Under the pieces are notes generated by a model that made no database searches, was not told where the DNA came from, and was given only the letters and a program-made list of their open reading frames with translations. A stretch of 64,000 nucleotides of DNA from Candidatus Latescibacterota bacterium (GTDB taxonomy: Bacteria > Latescibacterota > UBA2968 > UBA8231): the NCBI GenBank assembly GCA_036011085.1, contig DASCMS010000052.1, positions 20,166 through 84,165 of the forward strand. The letters run 5' to 3'. The number at the start of each line of letters is the position of its first letter. Positions within the stretch are counted from its first letter, which is position 1. The position numbers and the translations under genes were made by a program. This document shows positions 19,401 to 26,614 of this stretch, in pieces.

Positions 19401-21127
19401 CGATCCTGACCTTCACCGTGCTCTCCTTCACCTCCTTCAAGCCCAGCATCCAGTTCATCGGTTTCGAGAAGGACTGGAAACCCCCGTACAGCGGCATCCT
19501 GTTCCACGATGTCAACTGGTGGACCTGGGAGCCGACGCACTACGACTACCTCGAGTCCCACTTTGCCGAATCGGGCACACTGTCGCCGCGCACCTGGCTG
19601 ACCATGGGTTTCGATGGTGAGGGGTACATCCCCATGCGGCTCGAGGACAGGGAGGCGGATGGTCTCGGGGTGCTGGGCCTGTCGCCACAGGAACCGGGTG
19701 TCACCGGAATTGACGGGACGTTGATGGGCGGGCGCTGGTTCGCGGAGTCGAACGAGGAGAGTGTCATACTCTCCGACCTGCTGGCCCGGCAACTGGATGT
19801 TTCCATAGAGGCCGTGGCGCGGGGAGAGGGCCCGGAGGTGCGCATCTTCGGCAATCCCTGGAAGGTGATCGGTGTCTTCGACAGCCAGGCTTTCGACGCC
19901 AGCCCTGACCTGAACAACGAACCGATGACGCCGGCGCAGGAGCAGTTCATCCAGTTCAACATGCCGGGCATGGATCAGATGTTCATGCTCAACGACGTCT
20001 TCTTCGAAGAGGACATCGAAATCACCTACGAGCATATTCCGGCAAGTCGCCTGGCCATCGTTCCCTACGGTCGTCTGGAGAGCATGGGGGCGGAACTCAG
20101 GTCGGTTGCGGTGCGCTTTGACGAGGGCGCCGACGCGCGCGAGCTGATCGAGAGCTACCTGTCACGATCGGGCTTCCGTCTGTTCGTCGGCATGCCGGAC
20201 GATGACGGCACGATGCGCACGTACTCCTACAGCAGTATCGGCGCCACCTCGATGGAGGGTCTGGGGGCTCTCATGATCCCCATGCTGATTGCGGCGCTGA
20301 TCGTACTCAACACGATGATGGGCGCCGTGTACGAGCGTTTCCGCGAAATCGGCGTCTACTCCTCCGTGGGTCTAGCGCCCGTCCATATTTCCTTCCTCTT
20401 CATCGCCGAATCGTGCGTCTACGGTGTTCTGGGCGTCGTCATCGGCTACATTCTCGGCCAGGTCGGGGCCAAGATGCTGATCCTCTTCGACCTGGTGGGT
20501 GGCGTGTCGCTGAACTACTCCTCCACATCGGCCATAGGTTCGGCCCTGCTCGTCATCGTCGTCGTTCTCGTGTCGAGCATCTATCCGGCGCGGGCTGCCT
20601 CGCAGATGGCCGTGCCCGACGTCGTGCGCCGCTGGCAGCTGCCCGACCCCGACGGTGATGTGTGGCGCTTCCCCTTTCCCTTCACCGTCAACGTCAACGC
20701 CATCGAATCCCTGTGCGGTTTTCTGCAGAACTACTTCGGTTCCTATGGCCACGAGTCGGTGGGGAAGATGTACACCGAGCGCACGCGCATCGTCACCGAG
20801 GAGTCACCAGACGGGCGCACCTACGCCGTGCAGCTGCTGTTGTGGCTGGCGCCATTCGACATGGGGGTCAGCCAATACCTGCAGTTCACCACGTCGAAGA
20901 CGGACAACCCGAGCATCCTCGAAATCCAGTTCTACATCGAACGCGTCAGCGGTCCCGTCGCCTTCTGGCAACGGCTCAATCTGGGTTTCATGCTCGAGCT
21001 GCGTAAGCAGTTCCTCGTCTGGCAGACGCTGAAAACCGAGATTCAGCAAGAGCATACCGATCACTGTCGGCGGGTGGCGGTGGCGGCGGAAGACCTGGAA
21101 CTGGACGTCAGCGAGACGGTTCTCTAG
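16451..21127 (+). CDS. Fusion protein: signal anchor + PA/M28-peptidase-like ectodomain + TM bundle + MacB/FtsX-type permease module + C-terminal domain
   Basis: 1558 aa. PA-like IAGNLFYGGHG...GAIVMLEF...AALGAAAIIFIEP. M28-like WNVWGTVPG...IVAVQSYYDG...PGAESTAGVAALLEFARYL. FtsX-like: TM1 LTLATITILTFTVLSF, about 400-aa loop (GRWFAESNEESVILSDLLARQL...WKVIGVFD), then three TMs with VYERFREIGVYSSVGL. Confidence 0.85.
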   Translation: MPSSGSDSPLIRPIWVAIVCGLGLWVVLPAAGKGDIDPEAFDRISMTVRELSSNGSRLPGYAGDRYAADLIERELKNAGVEGVTRDPYDLAVPIDKGASMSILDGAEPRTMPLLSLWPNLVRTNTTGPEGIAGNLFYGGHGEHVDFDGHQMFGAIVMLEFNSWKNWKNAAALGAAAIIFIEPEETTLFEARNKWSWTPVDVPRFWLGRQAALALRQELGDGELQVLLQARMDYETRTTWNVWGTVPGVDPVLKDEIVAVQSYYDGISVVPAATPGAESTAGVAALLEFARYLRDHPPGRTVVLLASGSHFQQERGVFAFFQKHARVLAPFKGRMPKRFVADSLNVSRLVEETSARGLSLDTLGVRLRPTAGGGQAFDGLDLERLQAQLKLRRIVPDSIGIRLEPDSLSLELFIAIDLSSRSDQVGFVHSARAPAHRKFYVPMGRSLMHHAADAAAELGREPTAMVNLISPIKGLSWDSYLDFNTYRENAYVPLNTGVVTLSMITTTDRRMIIDSPLDTPDKVNVGNIARQSAMLNATLARALADPQLFGHEWEKLRAGHKKNITDVLSSINGRLRLLPQRSATPDEPVPGATVVVMNDRFQNMWRPRIHIADEDGNYQVDGLEKFKTQVRGYLVDPETGDITYSTDHGERAQKLGAFEQTLSKAETVWTTILFESASLEIHDRVHAAYHFTYGNYSKDQKVLDKRGAVPRQYGFVMGDWDEQMMVLYGVPGDSLRLVDDSVVLLNNEGAIDELTGQGQGFDMRLARMIPFVSLQSMKDMWRLDEARIERMRSFAIENPRLDALHSRSWQALQKAEMAMENLQWARYAKYIREALGLEYRAYPDVRGTQNDIIVGLVFFVALLVPAAFFAERLLFAAPEVHKQLAWFAAILLTIWLILAQVHPAFELAHPVIVLLALMVMVMAFYVISLIVGRFNAFMTDLQQRAAGTASGDLSRSGTAYVAFMLGISNMRRRVTRTGLTLATITILTFTVLSFTSFKPSIQFIGFEKDWKPPYSGILFHDVNWWTWEPTHYDYLESHFAESGTLSPRTWLTMGFDGEGYIPMRLEDREADGLGVLGLSPQEPGVTGIDGTLMGGRWFAESNEESVILSDLLARQLDVSIEAVARGEGPEVRIFGNPWKVIGVFDSQAFDASPDLNNEPMTPAQEQFIQFNMPGMDQMFMLNDVFFEEDIEITYEHIPASRLAIVPYGRLESMGAELRSVAVRFDEGADARELIESYLSRSGFRLFVGMPDDDGTMRTYSYSSIGATSMEGLGALMIPMLIAALIVLNTMMGAVYERFREIGVYSSVGLAPVHISFLFIAESCVYGVLGVVIGYILGQVGAKMLILFDLVGGVSLNYSSTSAIGSALLVIVVVLVSSIYPARAASQMAVPDVVRRWQLPDPDGDVWRFPFPFTVNVNAIESLCGFLQNYFGSYGHESVGKMYTERTRIVTEESPDGRTYAVQLLLWLAPFDMGVSQYLQFTTSKTDNPSILEIQFYIERVSGPVAFWQRLNLGFMLELRKQFLVWQTLKTEIQQEHTDHCRRVAVAAEDLELDVSETVL

Positions 21128-23802
21128 TGGCGGGCGAATCCAAAAGGCAGGCGAGGAAGGACCGCCAGTACGAAGAGCTCAATGAGTATCGGGATCTGCT
21201 GCAGCCGCCCGAAACGTTCGAGTCGGGGTTTACGCGCAAGACTCTGATCGGGGTGCTCTTGATCGCCTTTATCATGACCCCGGGGCAGATGTACCTGTCG
21301 TTGGTCACGGGGATCGGGATCGGGGAGGCGGCGCAGTGGGTGACGGTGATCCTGTTTCTCGAGATCGCCAAGCGCTCGTTCACCACTCTGAAGCGGCAGG
21401 AGATCTTCCTGTTGACGTACGTGGCGTCGCAGCTGATCGTGCGCGCCGAGACCCAGACGTTCCTGCAGCTGATCTGGCGCCAGTACTTTGTCAGCTCTCC
21501 CGAGGCGGCACAGTTCGGCCTGACGGACAAACTCGTCGGTCTCACCTGGCGGGGCATGGGCTGGTTTTCTCCCCATCCGGATTCGCCGGCCATCATTCAG
21601 CGCACGTTCTTCCACGAGGACTGGCTGCTGCCGATCGCTCTGCTCGTGATCGGTATCATCGTCAGTCGTGTCACCTGGTTCACTTCGGGGTACGTGCTCT
21701 TCCGGCTGGTGTCGGATCGCGAAAGGCTGCCGTTTCCCACGGCACCGCAGGCGGCGCTCGGGGCCATGGCCCTGGCCGAGGAGAGCGGCTCGGAGGACCA
21801 GTCGTGGAAGTGGCCCGCTTTTACCGTCGGTGGCGCCATCGGTCTGGTCTTCGGCTTCATCTATGTTGCCATCCCGACGTTGACCGAGACGTTTGCCGGC
21901 AAGAAGGTGTCGATCCTGCCCATCCCCTTCGCCGATCTGACGCCTGTACTCGGGCGCTTCCTGGGAGCCACGCCCATCGGCATCAGCTTCAGCCTGTCAC
22001 CGATCTTTGCCGGACTTCTGCTGCCCTTCTGGAGCGTGATGGGCTCTTTCGCGTTTGTCGCGTCCTTCATGGTGATGTCGCCGATCTTGCACCACTACGG
22101 CTTCATGCCGCACTGGGTGCCGGGAATGAGTGCGATCCAGACGCAGATCACCGCAGGTGTCGACTTCTGGCAACCCTTCGCCATGGGGGTGACGCTGGCC
22201 GTGGCCATCATCTCCATCACCCAGGTGATCCGCGCCGGGCGCGAGAAAGCCGTCGACAACGCACACGCCGAAGAGCACGGCCACGACCATGACACCTGTC
22301 GCCATCCCGACTGTGACAAGCAGAGCCAGGTCCGTGGGTACTGCATCGAGCACCTGAACCGCGGCGACTTCAGACTATGGGTCTGCGTCACACTCTTCTT
22401 CCTCGGCGCCGCGTACCCGATCCTACTGGCCAAGACGCTGTTCCCGACGCTGGTGACGACAGGACTGCTCATCGTCATCCTGCTGATCGCCTTTGTCTAC
22501 GCGCCCCTCATGTCCTTTGTGTCCGCCCGGTTGGACGGACTGGTCGGGCAGAACATCGTGATCCCTCACCTGCATGAAGGCATGGTGTTCCTCACCGGCT
22601 ATCGCGGTGTCGAGATCTGGTTCGTGCCGCTGGCGGGGGCCGACTTCGGCGGCGGCGCCGAGACCTTCCGTATCATCGAGTTGACCGGTATGCGCTTCAC
22701 GAGCCTGCTGAAGGCGGAGATCGTGATGGTGCCCATCGTGTTGGGTGCCAGTCTCATGTACTGGAGCTTTCTGTGGAAGCTGTCGCCGATCCCGTCCGAT
22801 GCCTATCCGTACGTACAGACCTTCTGGCCCGCCCGGGCCTTCGCCGAGGCGGTGAAGTATTCGGCGACCCAGTACAGCGTCACCTATGAACCGGGAGAAG
22901 AGGTGGAGGGACGGGTCGTACCTCCTGGGGAAGTGGCATGGAGTCCGGCGAATCTGCAGGATGACGCACTCTATTACTGGCGCGTGAAGGTGTCCTTCGA
23001 CATCAACATCAAGAACCCGACCAAGCGCATCTACGGTCCCTGGTCAGAGACCGGATGGTTTACTACTGATTTCCGCGGTGCTGGCGGCGTGCGTGGATCG
23101 CCGACGATTCTCGAGTTGCCCACGCCACGTGGTGTGGATGCCTCACTGCCGGTACCGCTGCTCATGGTCCCACAGACGGCCACCGTCATCGACGAGCCGG
23201 AAACCTTGTTTCGCGTGCGCCTGCCCACCGAGGGGGATACACGGGATGTGGCGTACGTGATCGAGCTGGACACGGATCCGAAGTTCCGCGGCGACTTCTT
23301 CCAAAGCTCGGCCGAGACGCCGATGTTCTTCCAGATATACTGGCAGGATCCCAGGTCCGCCGGAGACGGCCGCGACGAGGATTTCGACGGTCTCGCCGAT
23401 GAGGAGGTCCTCAATCAGAAGGACGATGATGGTGATGGGGCCATCGACGAGGATCTGCGTCACCCACTGGACGGCGAAAAGTGGCCGATTCTCCTTTTCG
23501 GACTGGTCTTCGGCATCGGCATCTATTCGATCCTCAGCTTCTTCGGCATGCCGATGTTCTTCGTCTGGGGGTACATCCGAGGCGTGGCTTCGGTCGGCGT
23601 TGCCACCTTCTTCCTCATGCTCACCGAAGTCGTCGGCGCCATGCTCGCCAAGTACTACTTCTGGCCCAGGTTCGGTAAACAGCACTGGCGCCAGGTGGCT
23701 ATGGTCCTGGCCGTTGGCTTCGGCGTGGGGATATCGCTGGTGGGGATGTTCTGCGCCGCGACCCTGATGATCAGCAAGGCCGTGTCGGCGACCACGTTCT
23801 AG
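21127..23802 (+). CDS. Large polytopic membrane protein (paralog of 14305..16470) with zinc-ribbon-like loop and acidic Ca-binding-like ectodomain insert
   Basis: 891 aa. GTG 21127 overlaps the upstream TAG by 1 nt. SDRERLPFPTAPQAALGAM motif. CRHPDCDKQSQVRGYCIEHLNR at residues 391-412. DGRDEDFDGLADEE...DDDGDGAIDED at residues 747-777, between TM blocks. Confidence 0.8.
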   Translation: MAGESKRQARKDRQYEELNEYRDLLQPPETFESGFTRKTLIGVLLIAFIMTPGQMYLSLVTGIGIGEAAQWVTVILFLEIAKRSFTTLKRQEIFLLTYVASQLIVRAETQTFLQLIWRQYFVSSPEAAQFGLTDKLVGLTWRGMGWFSPHPDSPAIIQRTFFHEDWLLPIALLVIGIIVSRVTWFTSGYVLFRLVSDRERLPFPTAPQAALGAMALAEESGSEDQSWKWPAFTVGGAIGLVFGFIYVAIPTLTETFAGKKVSILPIPFADLTPVLGRFLGATPIGISFSLSPIFAGLLLPFWSVMGSFAFVASFMVMSPILHHYGFMPHWVPGMSAIQTQITAGVDFWQPFAMGVTLAVAIISITQVIRAGREKAVDNAHAEEHGHDHDTCRHPDCDKQSQVRGYCIEHLNRGDFRLWVCVTLFFLGAAYPILLAKTLFPTLVTTGLLIVILLIAFVYAPLMSFVSARLDGLVGQNIVIPHLHEGMVFLTGYRGVEIWFVPLAGADFGGGAETFRIIELTGMRFTSLLKAEIVMVPIVLGASLMYWSFLWKLSPIPSDAYPYVQTFWPARAFAEAVKYSATQYSVTYEPGEEVEGRVVPPGEVAWSPANLQDDALYYWRVKVSFDINIKNPTKRIYGPWSETGWFTTDFRGAGGVRGSPTILELPTPRGVDASLPVPLLMVPQTATVIDEPETLFRVRLPTEGDTRDVAYVIELDTDPKFRGDFFQSSAETPMFFQIYWQDPRSAGDGRDEDFDGLADEEVLNQKDDDGDGAIDEDLRHPLDGEKWPILLFGLVFGIGIYSILSFFGMPMFFVWGYIRGVASVGVATFFLMLTEVVGAMLAKYYFWPRFGKQHWRQVAMVLAVGFGVGISLVGMFCAATLMISKAVSATTF

Positions 23803-25082
23803 CCGGCAGGTTCACCCGCCGCCTGGCGGATTCCGGCAGCTTCGTCGACGCGCGTCAACAGCAAGGCGCCGACGACGAGGAAGCCGACGACGACGGAGAT
23901 GCCGGCACGCTGGGAGGCGAAAGCCTCGGTGAGCAGACCCAGCAGGAAGGGACCAGCGAAGGCGGTGGCCTTGCCGCTGAAGGCGTAGAAGCCGTAGATC
24001 TCGTTTTCCATCTGTCGTGGTACGAATCGGCCGAGCAGCGACCGACTCGCCGCCTGCGCCGGACCTGCCAGGGCCGAGATGCACAGCGACGCCCCCCAGA
24101 AGACGCGTGTGTCATGGGTTGAAACGGCCGCAAGAGAGGCCAGGACCATGCCGCCAAGGCTCAGCAGGACGGCACGTTTGCCACCCAGCCAGTCATCGAG
24201 ATACCCGCCAAGAAAAGCGCCGATCCCCGCCGCGACACTCGTGCTGACGCCGAACACCATGAGGTCGCGGAAGGTGAAGCCGAGCGTTCCCATGGCGTAG
24301 ATGCCGCCGAAGGCGAAGACGGTGACCAGGCCGTCGTTGTAGATCAGGCGCGCCAGCAGAAGCCGGGAGATCTGTCGATACTCGCGGATCCTGGTCAGAG
24401 TTGCCCACAGCTGTCGCAGGGAACCGCCTGCCGTGACGGATGCGGTTGCAGCGCGGGGCTCGCGCAAGCGCAGGAACAGGGGCAGGCTGAAGAGGGCGAA
24501 CCAGGCGGCGACGAGCAGGTTGGCGGCGCGGATGTTTTCTCCCGCCTCCAATGAGAATCCCAGCCATGGGGTTTCGTTGTCGACGAGGCCGACCATGGCG
24601 ACGCCCATACACAGCAGTCCCCCTACGTACCCCAGGGCCCAGCCGTAGCCGGATACTCGTCCGATCCGGTCGGGTGGGGCGATCTCGGGGAGGAAGGCGT
24701 TGTAGAACACCGTACCCAACTCGAAGCCGATGTTGGCGAGCACGAACAGAGTCAGGGCCGCCGCGACCTGCCCGGGTGTCGGCAGGTAGAGCGCGGCCGT
24801 GCAGACGACGCAGAGCACCGTGGAGGCGGCCAGCAGCAGCTTGCGGCAGGCGTGACGATCGGCGATGGCACCGAGGACGGGGGACAGCAGGGCGACGATG
24901 ATGCCGGTGAGGGCCACGCCCCGTGACCACATGGCGGTTCCGGACACAACGTCGGGAGCCAGCTCGTGAGTGAACCAGGAGGAGTAGATGAAGGTGACGA
25001 CAAGAGTGGTGAAGGCGCTGTTGGCGAAGTCGTAGAAGGACCACGCGAGCACGCCCCCACGCCCGTCGGGTGATGTCGTCAT
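23799..25082 (-). CDS. MFS transporter (UMF1/Atg22-like)
   Basis: Start re-picked to MTTSPDGRGGVLAWSFYDFANSAFTTLVVTFIY, a typical UMF1-family N-terminus. About 12 TM segments. 4-nt convergent overlap with the upstream-strand gene. Confidence 0.8.
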   Translation of the reverse strand: MTTSPDGRGGVLAWSFYDFANSAFTTLVVTFIYSSWFTHELAPDVVSGTAMWSRGVALTGIIVALLSPVLGAIADRHACRKLLLAASTVLCVVCTAALYLPTPGQVAAALTLFVLANIGFELGTVFYNAFLPEIAPPDRIGRVSGYGWALGYVGGLLCMGVAMVGLVDNETPWLGFSLEAGENIRAANLLVAAWFALFSLPLFLRLREPRAATASVTAGGSLRQLWATLTRIREYRQISRLLLARLIYNDGLVTVFAFGGIYAMGTLGFTFRDLMVFGVSTSVAAGIGAFLGGYLDDWLGGKRAVLLSLGGMVLASLAAVSTHDTRVFWGASLCISALAGPAQAASRSLLGRFVPRQMENEIYGFYAFSGKATAFAGPFLLGLLTEAFASQRAGISVVVGFLVVGALLLTRVDEAAGIRQAAGEPAG

Positions 25083-25180
25083 CGGCTTTCCTGGTGAGAG
25101 TTCATGGGAGTATAGACCGCGAGCAACCGCCAGCCAATCATGACGTTGCGCGGCCCTGCCAGGCACGGTTCATTACAGGC

Positions 25181-25963
25181 ATGGAAGAAACGGCGGGTAG
25201 CACAGGCAGAACAGCCCTTGTAACCGGTGCGGCGGGAGGCATCGGGCAGTCGATCTGCGAGGCCCTGGCGGCAGCCGGGATGGCCGTGGCGGTACACTAT
25301 CATACCCACGCGGAGGCAGCAGGCTCACTGGCGGACCGGCTGCGGGGGCAGGGCGTGCAGGCCGTCGCGTACGGAGCCGATGTGACCAACCCGGACGCAG
25401 CCCGGGACCTGGTGCGACGAGTCGACGATGGGCTGGGCGGGATTGATATCCTGGTGAACAATGCGGGCATCACGGTTGGAGGACTGAACGTGGCCGACAC
25501 CGAAACGGATGCCTGGCTGCACATGGTCGACGTCAACCTCAACAGCGTGTTCTATCTGTGCCGGGCGGCCATCCCGCTGTTGCAGGCTCGGGGCGGCGGT
25601 CACATCGTCAACGTCTCTTCGAACATCGTCAACAGCCTGCCCGGAGGCAGTTCCGCGTACGCGGCGACAAAGAGTGCCCTGGTGGCCTTCACCAAGGTGC
25701 TGTCGAAGGAGGTGGCGCGTGACAACATCCGGGTCAACGCCCTGTCACCGGGGCTGATCGCCGCCGGCATGGGACAGGGGGCGATGGATCGTCGCGACCC
25801 GGCCGTACTCGAACGCTTCATCGACACGATTCCCCTGGGGCGCCCGGGAGAAGCGCAGGAGATCGCCAGTGTTGTGGCATTTCTAGTCTCTGACGCGGCA
25901 AGCTATCTCACCGGCCAGAATCTGACGGTCAACGGTGGGGATCGTACCGAGTCCTACCAATAG
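25181..25963 (+). CDS. Short-chain dehydrogenase/reductase (FabG-like)
   Basis: TALVTGAAGGIGQSI, NNAG and YAATKSAL motifs. The track start at 25070 is a false extension. Confidence 0.9.
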   Translation: MEETAGSTGRTALVTGAAGGIGQSICEALAAAGMAVAVHYHTHAEAAGSLADRLRGQGVQAVAYGADVTNPDAARDLVRRVDDGLGGIDILVNNAGITVGGLNVADTETDAWLHMVDVNLNSVFYLCRAAIPLLQARGGGHIVNVSSNIVNSLPGGSSAYAATKSALVAFTKVLSKEVARDNIRVNALSPGLIAAGMGQGAMDRRDPAVLERFIDTIPLGRPGEAQEIASVVAFLVSDAASYLTGQNLTVNGGDRTESYQ

Positions 25964-25968
25964 GCGGA

Positions 25969-26018
25969 GCTGCTGACCAGCAAGCTGGTTGAGCAGCAAA
26001 GCTGGGCCAGCAAGCTGG
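25969..26018. repeat. Three tandem copies of a short self-complementary unit (CCAGCAAGCTGG / GCAGCAAAGCTGG / CCAGCAAGCTGG) inside a larger imperfect hairpin
   Basis: Units at 25977-25988, 25993-26005 and 26007-26018. Outer arms GCTGCTGACCAGC (25969-25981) and GCTGGTTGAGCAGC (25984-25997). Sits in the 56-nt gap between convergent genes. No T-run. Confidence 0.5.
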
Positions 26019-26019
26019 C

Positions 26020-26337
26020 TTAGGCCATCAAGTCGATTTCGCGGGATGTCTCGGAGGGGCGGGGGCGTTCGACGGGTTCCTGCTGGTCGTCGGGCTCGCG
26101 GCGGCTCCCGTGCTGGCCCTGGTACTGGCCGCGGCCGTCATCGTGGTCGTCGACGCGGTTGTCGGGCCCCTCGGTTTCTTCGCTGGCTTTCGTGCGTGTC
26201 TGATCGTGCGCGTGCTGGCGATTCAGTTCCTGAGCACCATGTCGCTGGCCGAGCTCGGCACTGGACTGCTGAATGCCCTGCTCGCGGCCGGCGAGCGGCG
26301 CTTTCGAGAGATTGTCCTGGAGGTCGATGGGTCGCAT
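26020..26337 (-). CDS. Small, highly charged hydrophilic protein of unknown function
   Basis: 105-aa ORF, Gln/Glu/Asp/Arg/His-rich with no hydrophobic core. Ends ...SREIDLMA. Lies 45 nt downstream of, and co-oriented with, a small membrane ORF. Confidence 0.5.
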   Translation of the reverse strand: MRPIDLQDNLSKAPLAGREQGIQQSSAELGQRHGAQELNRQHAHDQTRTKASEETEGPDNRVDDHDDGRGQYQGQHGSRREPDDQQEPVERPRPSETSREIDLMA

Positions 26338-26382
26338 GAGGCAAGTCCTTCTGCCGTAGTAACATAAACCAGGGCAGAAATG

Positions 26383-26514
26383 TCAACGACGATTGCGCAA
26401 GATCCAGTAGATGATGCCACCAATGCCGAGCAGAAAGAGCGCATTCCACTCGAACAGATAGATCGCTGCCGCCGCGAAGATCGCGGCCATGATACGCTGT
26501 TCCCGTGGGTTCAT
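26383..26514 (-). CDS. 43-aa small membrane protein (below the track length cutoff)
   Basis: Manual translation: MNPREQRIMAAIFAAAAIYLFEWNALFLLGIGGIIYWILRNRR, two hydrophobic stretches and a basic tail. GGGAG lies about 7 nt upstream of the ATG. Replaces the implausible plus-strand ORF 26380..26583. Confidence 0.5.
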   Translation of the reverse strand: MNPREQRIMAAIFAAAAIYLFEWNALFLLGIGGIIYWILRNRR

Positions 26515-26614
26515 GAAGATCTCCCGGAGGCTGGATCGAGGCAGGCATACATCCCGATGTTGTTAAGTATCCGATGTCAGTAGCCCCGGGGGCAAGGGAC
26601 AGGAATCGACGAAG

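Noticed and set aside
18410-20035. 541-aa minus-strand ORF inside the FtsX-fusion gene
   Set aside because: It is antisense to a 1558-aa ORF with clear domain content. Its composition is His/Arg/Gly/Val-rich and low in information.
25969-26018. CRISPR-like or mobile-element repeat
   Set aside because: There are only three very short units with no spacers, and no cas or transposase genes are present. It is better described as a structured intergenic element.
26380-26583. 67-aa plus-strand track ORF
   Set aside because: It has an implausible composition and no SD. The opposite strand carries a better-supported 43-aa membrane ORF with a GGGAG SD.
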